A stretch of DNA of 64,000 bases, from assembly GCA_964565215.1 (NCBI GenBank), contig CAZMCO010000001.1:2025-66024 (forward strand), written 5' to 3'. The notes under the pieces were generated by a model. That model was not told where the DNA came from and ran no database searches. It saw only the letters and a program-made list of their open reading frames with translations. Shown piece by piece: positions 28,381 through 36,151 of the stretch (positions within the stretch are counted from its first letter, which is position 1; each line of letters begins with the position of its first letter). The DNA comes from an uncultured Candidatus Saccharibacteria bacterium. GTDB lineage: Bacteria; Patescibacteriota; Minisyncoccia; Portnoybacterales; UBA2143. The position numbers were made by a program, and so were the translations under genes.

Positions 28381-28975
28381 AACCAAAGAGAGAACCTTAG
28401 TTTTAATTAAGCCAGATGGCGTTCAGCGTTCCTTAATTGGTCAAATAGTCCAGCGCTATGAACAAACTGGTCTAAAATTAGTCGGTTTAAAGTTTTTTAT
28501 TCCCTCTCCGGAATTAGTTAAGAAACATTATTTAGTAGTTGATACTTGGCTGGAATCAGTTGGCCAAAAAGCAAAAGAGGCCTATCTTAAAAAGGGATTA
28601 AAACCACCTTTTAAAGACTCTAAAAAATGCGGTCAGCAAGTTTTAAAAAGATTAGAGAAATATTTATCTTCTGGTCCAATGGTCGTCATGATTTGGCAGG
28701 GCAATGAAGCAGTTGGCATTGTCAGAAAAATTACTGGCGGCACTGAACCTTTGATTTCTGATGTGGGAACTATCAGAGGAGATTTAACTATTGATTCGTA
28801 TCAATTAGCTGATACTGATGATCGAGCTGTCAGAAATCTTATTCATGCTTCAGCTACCCCAGCCGAAGCAAAAAAAGAAATTAAAGTTTGGTTTAGAGAG
28901 AATGAGATTTTGAAATATCGTTTAATTCCCGAAGCGATATTGTATGATGTCAATTTAGATGGCCTTAAGGAATAG
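28370..28975 (+). CDS. ndk: Nucleoside-diphosphate kinase
   Basis: ERTLVLIKPDGV, GTIRGD, NLIHAS. Confidence 0.94.
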   Translation: MNHKTKERTLVLIKPDGVQRSLIGQIVQRYEQTGLKLVGLKFFIPSPELVKKHYLVVDTWLESVGQKAKEAYLKKGLKPPFKDSKKCGQQVLKRLEKYLSSGPMVVMIWQGNEAVGIVRKITGGTEPLISDVGTIRGDLTIDSYQLADTDDRAVRNLIHASATPAEAKKEIKVWFRENEILKYRLIPEAILYDVNLDGLKE

Positions 28976-28982
28976 TCGTCCA

Positions 28983-29029
28983 TTGACAGTTATTTTTGGA
29001 TGGTGTTATACTAATAGTGGTTCTTTAAC
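28983..29029 (+). promoter_or_regulatory. Sigma70 promoter plus boxA-like GTTCTTTAAC
   Basis: TTGACA-18-TATACT, GTTCTTTAAC at 29020, SD AGGAGG downstream. Confidence 0.7.
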
Positions 29030-29047
29030 TTAAAATAGGAGGGGATA

Positions 29048-29215
29048 ATGAAGTGTAAAAGCTGTGACAGTGAAATTAATATCAAATCAGCCAAAGAGAT
29101 AAAAAAAGGAAACCCTAGTTCTTATGTTGAATGTCCCTTTTGTGGCGCGATTAATCATATAAAATGCCGCCATAAGAGCGGCAAAAAGAAGAAAATAACC
29201 ATTGCTCAGATATAA
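29048..29215 (+). CDS. 55-aa zinc-ribbon protein (below the ORF-track cutoff)
   Basis: MKCKSC...VECPFCG...; own promoter, SD and terminator. Confidence 0.75.
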   Translation: MKCKSCDSEINIKSAKEIKKGNPSSYVECPFCGAINHIKCRHKSGKKKKITIAQI

Positions 29216-29221
29216 AAAATA

Positions 29222-29256
29222 AAAAAAAACGTCTTAACAAGGCGTTTTTTCTTTTT
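29222..29256. terminator. Bidirectional terminator
   Basis: AAAAAACGTCTT-AAC-AAGGCGTTTTTT. Confidence 0.7.
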
Positions 29257-29257
29257 G

Positions 29258-29333
29258 TCGGGGCGACTGGATTTGAACCAGCGATCTCATCCTCCCCGAG
29301 GATGCGCTTTAAACCGGACTAAGCTACACCCCG
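29258..29333 (-). tRNA. tRNA-Pro(GGG) with atypical C33
   Basis: CGGGGTG...CGCCCCG-A, stem CATCC/GGATG, loop TCGGGGA; CCA not encoded. Confidence 0.85.
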
Positions 29334-29334
29334 T

Positions 29335-29523
29335 TTATTTAGTTTTTCCCATGGCTTTAATGCATTTAGCGCAGGCCTTAACTCTTTTACCACTAGCTAA
29401 ATAAACCCATTGTAGATTAGGGTATTTTCTTTTTTTAGTAGTTGGGTTATACTTACCACGAAGCTTTTTGCGGACAGTAGCCACCATTGATTTTTTGCCG
29501 CAAATAGCGCATCTTCTAGACAT
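29335..29523 (-). CDS. rpmB: 50S ribosomal protein bL28
   Basis: MSRRCAICGK, PNLQ, CAKCIK. Confidence 0.92.
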   Translation of the reverse strand: MSRRCAICGKKSMVATVRKKLRGKYNPTTKKRKYPNLQWVYLASGKRVKACAKCIKAMGKTK

Positions 29524-29569
29524 AATAGATGTATCTTACCAGATTTTTTTAATTTTTACAAGATAATTA

Positions 29570-30184
29570 ATGCTTATACAAATTCTTTTTGAAAATCCAG
29601 TATTATTTTTAATAATAGCCGTGGCTATTATTTTTGCTCTTGTTATTCATGAATTTTTCCATGCCTGGATGGCTTATTATTTAGGCGATAATACCGCTAA
29701 AGACCAAGGACGTTTAACTATAAATCCTCTTGTCCATTTGGATCCGTTTGGGACAATTCTTCTTTTTATTGTAGGGATTGGTTGGGGCAAACCAGTTCCT
29801 TTTAATCCTTATAATCTACGAAATCAAAAATGGGGGCCAGCTTTAGTGGCTTTGGCTGGTCCAGCTTCTAATTTTGGCCTGGCAGTAACAGTTGGACTTA
29901 TTTTGCGTTTTGCAGAGATTTCTAATCCTTATTTCGCTTTTTTCTTAAGTTTTTTTGTTTGGATTAATCTTATTCTCGGAGTATTTAATTTAATGCCTGT
30001 CCCGCCTCTTGACGGTTCGCATATTTTTTTCACTTTATTTCCTTCCCTAGAAAATGTTAAAGCTTCTATCCAGGGTAGTTTTTTGTTCCTTATAGTTGTA
30101 ATTTTCTTTATGATTTATATTGGCATTCCTTTTATAATCAAGCCACTTTTCATTTTGATAACAGGGGTGTCTTCTGTATTTTAA
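29570..30184 (+). CDS. Site-2 protease (M50) family
   Basis: HEFFH, AGPASN, FNLMPVPPLDG. Confidence 0.93.
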   Translation: MLIQILFENPVLFLIIAVAIIFALVIHEFFHAWMAYYLGDNTAKDQGRLTINPLVHLDPFGTILLFIVGIGWGKPVPFNPYNLRNQKWGPALVALAGPASNFGLAVTVGLILRFAEISNPYFAFFLSFFVWINLILGVFNLMPVPPLDGSHIFFTLFPSLENVKASIQGSFLFLIVVIFFMIYIGIPFIIKPLFILITGVSSVF

Positions 30185-30191
30185 AGAATAC

Positions 30192-30221
30192 AAAAACCCT
30201 CTGATTTGTTAGAGGGTTTTT
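30192..30221. terminator. Bidirectional terminator
   Basis: AAAAACCCTCTGA...TTAGAGGGTTTTT. Confidence 0.75.
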
Positions 30222-30239
30222 GTTCTCAGGCAGAAAGCA

Positions 30240-31310
30240 TTACTTTCTTTCTTCCAATTTTAATTTAACTGTACCTATTTTATCATCTCGCAGAATTTTT
30301 ATTTCCACTAAATCACCTGGTTTGCCTTTATGGATAAGTTCTTGAAGAGGATTTTTTTCAGTAATCTTTGTTTTGTTGAATTCTAAAACAATATCACGTT
30401 CCATTAAACCAGCTTTAGCAGCTGGACTGTTCGGGACAACAGCTGGTTCACCGCTGCCTGGTTCCCGGATAATTAAAGCTCCATAATTAACTGGTAAATG
30501 AAGATTAAATCTTTCTTGGAAAGATTTTTGGAGTTCTTTATTGATTAAAATATAACGGACGCCTAAGAACGGTTGAATAATCCGGCCGTATTTTTTAAGA
30601 TCAAATAGGTCTTTTTTAGCGTTATTAACTGGAATAGCAAAACCAATATTTTGAGCCCCCATAACAATAGCTACATTAATGGCCACTGCTTTGCCATCTA
30701 AATCAACTAAAGGGCCGCCCGAGTTGCCTGGATTAATGGCTGCGTCAGTTTGGACTAGTCCGCGTAATTGAGCCGCTTGGCCAGAAATACCATCATGGGC
30801 AGTAATAAAACGACTTAGACCGGAAATGACACCAGTGGAGACAGTATTACGAAAAGTACCCAAGGCATTGCCAATGGCAATGACGCTTTGCCCTAGTTCT
30901 ACTTTAGTGGAATCGCCTAATTCTAAAATAGGAAATTTTTTCCCTTTGGTATTTTTGAGTTTAAGAATAGCTACATCATTAACTAGGTCGCGGGCTAAAA
31001 TTTCTGCCTGATATTCTTTTTCATCAGCCGTAATAATTGTATAATCTACTTCAGGCGAGATGATCACATGACGGTTGGTTAAAATAATTCCCTCTGGCGA
31101 GACAAAAAAGCCGCTGCCGCCGCCAATTTTAACTCGTTGGCTGCCTTCTTGACGATACTGAGGAATTGGCTGTCCATAAGGACCAAGAAATTCGTCAAAG
31201 GGTTGAACATAGAATTTTCTGATTTTGGGTAAGTCCTTGCTGATAATAATGCTAATAACAGCTGGACTAATTTTTTTAACTACTTGAACCACTGGTGATT
31301 TTTGAGCCAT
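30240..31310 (-). CDS. HtrA/DegP-like serine protease with PDZ domain (no evident signal peptide)
   Basis: GGSGF, TNRHV, DVA, QTDAAINPGNSGGP, PDZ. Confidence 0.92.
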   Translation of the reverse strand: MAQKSPVVQVVKKISPAVISIIISKDLPKIRKFYVQPFDEFLGPYGQPIPQYRQEGSQRVKIGGGSGFFVSPEGIILTNRHVIISPEVDYTIITADEKEYQAEILARDLVNDVAILKLKNTKGKKFPILELGDSTKVELGQSVIAIGNALGTFRNTVSTGVISGLSRFITAHDGISGQAAQLRGLVQTDAAINPGNSGGPLVDLDGKAVAINVAIVMGAQNIGFAIPVNNAKKDLFDLKKYGRIIQPFLGVRYILINKELQKSFQERFNLHLPVNYGALIIREPGSGEPAVVPNSPAAKAGLMERDIVLEFNKTKITEKNPLQELIHKGKPGDLVEIKILRDDKIGTVKLKLEERK

Positions 31311-31391
31311 AATTATTCCTCCTTTTATATTCTATTATATTTCATTGACTATGTTTAGTCAATATTATAGTATAAAAAGGTGTGGAAAACT

Positions 31392-31465
31392 GCCCTCGTA
31401 GCTCAGCGGATTAGAGCAGCGCACTCCTAACGCGCAGGTCGCACGTTCGAGTCGTGCCGAGGGCG
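31392..31465 (+). tRNA. tRNA-Arg(CCT)
   Basis: GCCCTCG/CGAGGGC acceptor, loop CTCCTAA. Confidence 0.9.
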
Positions 31466-31470
31466 CTAAG

Positions 31471-31544
31471 GGGGATGTAGCTCATTTGGCTAGAGCGTTT
31501 GCGTGGCACGCAAAAGGTAGCGGGTTCGACTCCCGCCATCTCCA
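31471..31544 (+). tRNA. tRNA-Ala(GGC)
   Basis: G3-U70 pair, loop GTGGCAC. Confidence 0.93.
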
Positions 31545-31551
31545 CTTATTG

Positions 31552-31623
31552 GCCGAGGTAGCTCAGGGGTAGAGCGCTTCTCTGAAAAAGAAGAAGTCGG
31601 CGGTTCGATTCCGCCCCTCGGCA
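31552..31623 (+). tRNA. tRNA-Phe(GAA)
   Basis: GCCGAGG/CCTCGGC acceptor, loop CTGAAAA. Confidence 0.93.
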
Positions 31624-31624
31624 C

Positions 31625-31712
31625 ATAAATTTTTCGCTTTGCTCAAAATTTGAGTAGTTAGTAATTTGTAATTAGTAATTTAGCGAAAAATTTATCCCAA
31701 ATTACAAATTAC
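31625..31712 (+). repeat. Interleaved inverted repeats (A-B-A'-B') with 7-bp tandem units in the tRNA spacer
   Basis: ATAAATTTTTCGCT/AGCGAAAAATTTAT and GTAATTTGTAATT/AATTACAAATTAC are perfect complements. Confidence 0.8.
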
Positions 31713-31731
31713 ACACACAAAATACTTTTCG

Positions 31732-31803
31732 GCGGGTGTCGTATAGCGGTTATTACACGTGCTTGCCAAGCACGCGACGGCGGTTCGACTCCGCTCACCC
31801 GCT
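31732..31803 (+). tRNA. tRNA-Gly(GCC)
   Basis: GCGGGTG/CACCCGC-T, loop TTGCCAA. Confidence 0.92.
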
Positions 31804-31885
31804 CAAAACTATTGACAAACTTATCAGAGTATGTTAGTATACAGAAAATCCCCAGATGGGGATTTTAAGTTTGCTTTAAAAACAT

Positions 31886-32380
31886 ATGTATACTAACCCT
31901 AAGATTTCCGCTTCTTTGATTTTGGTTAGTTTGGTTTATCACATTGTTTTACCTCAATATGGTTTAGCTGATCTAAATTTAATTGAGGAACAAGAATTTA
32001 AGTTACCACTAATGCCTTTTAATGGATTGGTTACTCTTCAAGGTCAGGCCTTGATTCAATCAACTAATCCAGATACCCCAGTGATCTTGGCTCAATACTG
32101 GGTGCCAGTAACTGGTTATTCCAGTACCCCAGACCAAACTGACTCAACGCCTTTTATCACTGCTTCAGGAACTTATGTTCATGATGGAGTGATTGCTTGT
32201 AACTTTTTGAGGTTTGGTACTAAGGTCCGTTTCCCTCAACTATATGGAGAAAAGATTTTCTTAGTTGAGGATCGGATGGCTGCTAAAAACAGTCATAAAA
32301 TGGATATCTGGTTTATTAGCCGCGATCAAGCCAAACAATTCGGTATCAAAATAGCCAAAGTAGAGATTCTGGAAACATAA
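31886..32380 (+). CDS. Secreted 3D-domain (MltA/Rpf-like) protein
   Basis: Signal peptide; TGYSSTPDQTD..PFITASG, EDRM, DIW. Confidence 0.8.
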   Translation: MYTNPKISASLILVSLVYHIVLPQYGLADLNLIEEQEFKLPLMPFNGLVTLQGQALIQSTNPDTPVILAQYWVPVTGYSSTPDQTDSTPFITASGTYVHDGVIACNFLRFGTKVRFPQLYGEKIFLVEDRMAAKNSHKMDIWFISRDQAKQFGIKIAKVEILET

Positions 32381-32409
32381 AGACCCCGTTATTCGACGGG
32401 GTCTTTATT
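32379..32409. terminator. Bidirectional terminator
   Basis: AAAGACCCCGT...ACGGGGTCTTT. Confidence 0.75.
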
Positions 32410-32497
32410 TGGTGCCGCGGGTGGGACTCGAACCCACACGGGCATAATGCCCACACGATTTTAAGTCGTGCGCGTAAGCCAATTCCGCCACCGCGGC
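32410..32497 (-). tRNA. tRNA-Leu(TAA)
   Basis: GCCGCGG...CCGCGGC-A-CCA, loop CTTAAAA, long variable arm. Confidence 0.94.
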
Positions 32498-32498
32498 C

Positions 32499-32572
32499 TG
32501 GAGGTCATGACCGGATTCGAACCGGTGTACACGGTTTTGCAGACCGTTGCCTAGCCGCTCGGCCACATGACC
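32499..32572 (-). tRNA. tRNA-Cys(GCA)
   Basis: GGTCATG/CATGACC-T-CCA, loop CTGCAAA. Confidence 0.94.
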
Positions 32573-32604
32573 TTTTTCTTAGATTACCATATTTTCAATC
32601 AAAT

Positions 32605-32940
32605 TCAAGATTTCTTAATTTTTCCTAAAATTTCTTCAATTCGTTGAGCTTTAATTTCCGCTTGGTCTATGGCAAATCTGATTTTAGGAACTATTCTCAT
32701 ATGTAATTTTTTATTTAGGATTTGCTGAAGATGGAAAATATTTCTTTCTAAAATTCTTAAAACCAGTTCATCTTTTTTTACTGGCATAACACTGATTTTA
32801 ATTTTTGCCTGTCTTAAATCAGTTGATGTTTCTACATTAGTCACTGTTACTAAGATATTACCAAAATCAATTTCTCGTAGAATTAATTGACTAATTTGTT
32901 GTTTAATTAATTGATTGACTCGTTTAATCCGTTGGCTCAT
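32605..32940 (-). CDS. rbfA: Ribosome-binding factor A
   Basis: RIKRVNQLI, VTVTNVETSTDL, VPKIRF; follows infB. Confidence 0.92.
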   Translation of the reverse strand: MSQRIKRVNQLIKQQISQLILREIDFGNILVTVTNVETSTDLRQAKIKISVMPVKKDELVLRILERNIFHLQQILNKKLHMRIVPKIRFAIDQAEIKAQRIEEILGKIKKS

Positions 32941-32943
32941 TAA

Positions 32944-34452
32944 TTAAATTTCTCTTTTCTTTTTTTCCTCCTGATAGATTTCTAAAATATCTCCTTTTTC
33001 CACCCTGGTTTGGCTTTCCAAGAGAAGGCCGCATTCTTGTCCCTTAGCTATTTCTTCGGCATCTTTTTTATTGCGTTGGAGTTGGATTAATCTGGCCTGA
33101 CCTATTTTTTTATTCTCCCTAATAATATCAATGAGAACACTTTTTTTAACTCGTCCGCTAGTTACCCGGCCGCCAATAATCTGTCGGTCTTTCTCGCTAT
33201 GGAATAGAGCTAAAACCCTAATTTGCCCAATAACATTCTTAATAATTTCTGGTTTTAAAAGCTGAGAAAGCAGTTCTCTGACTCCTTGGATAAGCTCGTA
33301 GATTACTTCAAAAAGTGAGATTTTTATTTTCCTCTGTTGAGCTAATTCTCTAATAGCTGAACTAGCTTTAACTCGAAAACCGATTATTTTTGCTTGAGCT
33401 GATTCAGCTAATTTAATATCTGATTCATTGATTTCACCGACTTCGCTTTTTAAAACCCTTAAGATGACTTCTTCTGAAAGAATATTTTTAAGTGATTCTC
33501 TAATTGCTTCTAAAGAACCTTGAACATCGGCTTTGAGAATTATATTAAGGATTTTTTTGTCTGGCTCAAAAACAAAGACTTCTTTTTCTTCTTTTCTTTT
33601 GGATGTTTTTTTGACTATCCTAACCTGGGCTTCTTCTAAACTATTAAAAACAGAGAATTTTTCTCCTATTTGAGGAACCCGATTAAATCCGGTGACAATA
33701 ACCGGCATTGAGGCGGTCGCTTTTCCTAAGGGCTGAAATTGAAAATCTTCCATTGTTTTAATTCGTCCGCTGGCTGAATCTGTTCCGACAATATCTTTAT
33801 TTTTTAAAGTGCCTTTCTTTACTAAGAGGGTAGCCGTTGGTCCTCGTCTGGGGTCTTGATAAGACTCAATAACCAGACCAGAGGCCAATTGGTCTATTTT
33901 AGTTTTTAATTCTTCCATTTCAGATAATAAAATAATCATTTCTAAAAGTTCATCGATGCCCTGGCCGGTTTTAGCCGAAAGATTAACTGAAGGCACTTGG
34001 CCGCCTAAAGATTCCACGATAATATTATTTTCTGATAGTTCTTTTTTGACTTTTTCTGGTTGAGCTTCTTTTTTATCAATTTTATTTAGAGCAATAATTG
34101 AAGGAAGACCAATTTTTTTTATATGAGCGATAGATTCTTTAGTTTGCGGCTTGATCCCTTCTTCAGCCGCTATGACCAGAACAGCAATATCAGCTACTTT
34201 GGCTCCTCGGGAACGCATAGCGGAAAAGGCCTCATGACCGGGCGTGTCAATAAAAGTAATCTTTTTGCCTTGATGTTCTATCTGATAAGCGCCAATGTGT
34301 TGGGTAATGCCGCCAGCTTCTTTTTCAACTATTTTGCTTTTACGGATATAGTCAAGAATACTTGTTTTACCATGGTCAACATGGCCTAAAATAACCACTA
34401 CTGGCGGCCGAGATTGTAATCTATTATCTTTTTTTTCATTTTTTTTTGACAT
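32944..34452 (-). CDS. infB: Translation initiation factor IF-2 (short form, no N-terminal domain)
   Basis: RPPVVVILGHVDHGKTS, GGITQHIGA, DTPGHEAF, KADVQGSLEA. Confidence 0.96.
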   Translation of the reverse strand: MSKKNEKKDNRLQSRPPVVVILGHVDHGKTSILDYIRKSKIVEKEAGGITQHIGAYQIEHQGKKITFIDTPGHEAFSAMRSRGAKVADIAVLVIAAEEGIKPQTKESIAHIKKIGLPSIIALNKIDKKEAQPEKVKKELSENNIIVESLGGQVPSVNLSAKTGQGIDELLEMIILLSEMEELKTKIDQLASGLVIESYQDPRRGPTATLLVKKGTLKNKDIVGTDSASGRIKTMEDFQFQPLGKATASMPVIVTGFNRVPQIGEKFSVFNSLEEAQVRIVKKTSKRKEEKEVFVFEPDKKILNIILKADVQGSLEAIRESLKNILSEEVILRVLKSEVGEINESDIKLAESAQAKIIGFRVKASSAIRELAQQRKIKISLFEVIYELIQGVRELLSQLLKPEIIKNVIGQIRVLALFHSEKDRQIIGGRVTSGRVKKSVLIDIIRENKKIGQARLIQLQRNKKDAEEIAKGQECGLLLESQTRVEKGDILEIYQEEKKKREI

Positions 34453-34930
34453 TGACTCCTGCCTTTTTTAAGGCCTCCATTTCTTCTTTAGACAAAGGAT
34501 ATTTTGATTGACCAACTTCTATTGGCTTACTGTAAATTCTGCTTTCTTCCCTTGAATACAAACTAGAGATAACTAAACCATTATTTTTTGAATCAAGTAA
34601 AGCGATGACAAAACTTTGGTCACCGCCAGTATCTTTAAAAGGATTGAAGCGGATCAAGCCAACTTTCTGAATACTTTGACTGGCCATTTTCTCTAAAACC
34701 TTAGAAGATTTAATCAGTTTTTTAATTTCCGCCTCTGATTTTTTCATTCGTTTAATTTCTTCAAAGAGAACTCCTTCTAAATCAGAGGCCTTTTTACCAG
34801 CAAAAAATACTTTCAGCTTTTTTTTAATTTGCCAAAGATGAAAATGAAGGAAAAAATTCCAAATAATCAATAGGCTAATAACTATTAGAAAAATAAAGAA
34901 AATTGTCTGGTTAATTAAGATATTTTCCAT
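34436..34930 (-). CDS. DUF4446-family membrane-anchored coiled-coil protein
   Basis: N-terminal TM; VGLIRFNPFKDTGGDQSF, SSLYSRE...YSKP. Confidence 0.8.
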   Translation of the reverse strand: MENILINQTIFFIFLIVISLLIIWNFFLHFHLWQIKKKLKVFFAGKKASDLEGVLFEEIKRMKKSEAEIKKLIKSSKVLEKMASQSIQKVGLIRFNPFKDTGGDQSFVIALLDSKNNGLVISSLYSREESRIYSKPIEVGQSKYPLSKEEMEALKKAGVNVKKK

Positions 34931-35077
34931 GGCGGAGTTAACGTCCCAAATTTCGAACTAAAATTGTCTCAAATTGATCCTTTTGTCCGGAAATTAAGGA
35001 AAATTTACAAAGTTAATCCTGAATGGTTTGAGGTTCCTGAATTTGGGATTGAATTATTTTAGTCCTTATCTTTAAAG

Positions 35078-36070
35078 TTATTCTACATTAAACATCACAT
35101 AATTGCCAGATTCTTTAACAGCGACATCGCGAGATTTTCGGTGATTTTTGTAATCAAAGTTTTTAATCAAATTTTCTAATTGCTTCTTGTCTTTAGCAAT
35201 AAAACATTGATAGCTACTAGCCAATATGAGTTGATTTATTTCTTTTACTTTCTTTTTATCCAATTTAAGAAAATGTTCCGTTTTTGATTTAATTTTAGGC
35301 TTTATTGCAATACATAAATCCGGTCTTAGTGGAAAGAGAACAATAGCATTCGAGGATAATAAGCCGTTCATAATTTTTGTTGGCGATAAAGTAAAACAAG
35401 GATTATCTGATGTTGTAAAAAAGGAGTCTTTTGGCGCGTTTAAAAACAACCACTGAACATTAAATAACCCTTTTGCTAATCTCTCAACTTTTAAAATATC
35501 TTTTGAGTGCCCTGTATTTGTTAATTTTATTTTATAATCATCACTATGAAGAAATTGAAAGGTCTGCTTCTTGATTTCCGCATCAGACATCGTATTAATT
35601 TTTTCCAAAGCGTCTTTCTCAAATTTATTGGCAGGATTATGTTTAAGAATTTCTTCTTTTGAAATTTTGATTTTATCCAAAGAAGAAGTATCTTTTCGTA
35701 TAAAATATTTAATTACTGCTTCCATAAATTTGTCGGTCTCTTCCCTATGTCTTAGAGTTCTAATATATTGAAGAGCAACATAAAATGCGATACAACTTCG
35801 TTCCCATCCGTTTAATTGTTTTTGTTTTTTATTATCAATATTTCTGATACTTTCGGTTCCCTTAGAATCAATCAAAGCTGTTATTTTTTCGGGTAAATAA
35901 AATTTGTCTTTTCCTTCGGTAAAAACATTAAAATCTTTTTTCCAAAAACCTTTCCATCTAACCCCTCGCTCTATGAATTTATTTTCTGGAATCAAATAAA
36001 TATTAAGCTGATTACTGTTATTCTGCCATTGCACAAGGTATTTGGCTTGAATAGTGTGGTGTTTTGCCAT
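35078..36070 (-). CDS. DUF4238-domain protein (putative defence)
   Basis: N-terminal KHH.I...YL..W, LQYIRT, F.TSDNP and FPL.PD motifs. Confidence 0.72.
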   Translation of the reverse strand: MAKHHTIQAKYLVQWQNNSNQLNIYLIPENKFIERGVRWKGFWKKDFNVFTEGKDKFYLPEKITALIDSKGTESIRNIDNKKQKQLNGWERSCIAFYVALQYIRTLRHREETDKFMEAVIKYFIRKDTSSLDKIKISKEEILKHNPANKFEKDALEKINTMSDAEIKKQTFQFLHSDDYKIKLTNTGHSKDILKVERLAKGLFNVQWLFLNAPKDSFFTTSDNPCFTLSPTKIMNGLLSSNAIVLFPLRPDLCIAIKPKIKSKTEHFLKLDKKKVKEINQLILASSYQCFIAKDKKQLENLIKNFDYKNHRKSRDVAVKESGNYVMFNVE

Positions 36071-36151
36071 AATTACATATCCTGTGGATAAAGCGGGTTT
36101 GTGTCTGTATAGGTATCATATTATAATATAAGTAGTAACGCAAATGATTTT

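Noticed and set aside
31655-31720. CRISPR array
   Set aside because: Only 7-bp units, no repeat-spacer periodicity and no cas genes in the window
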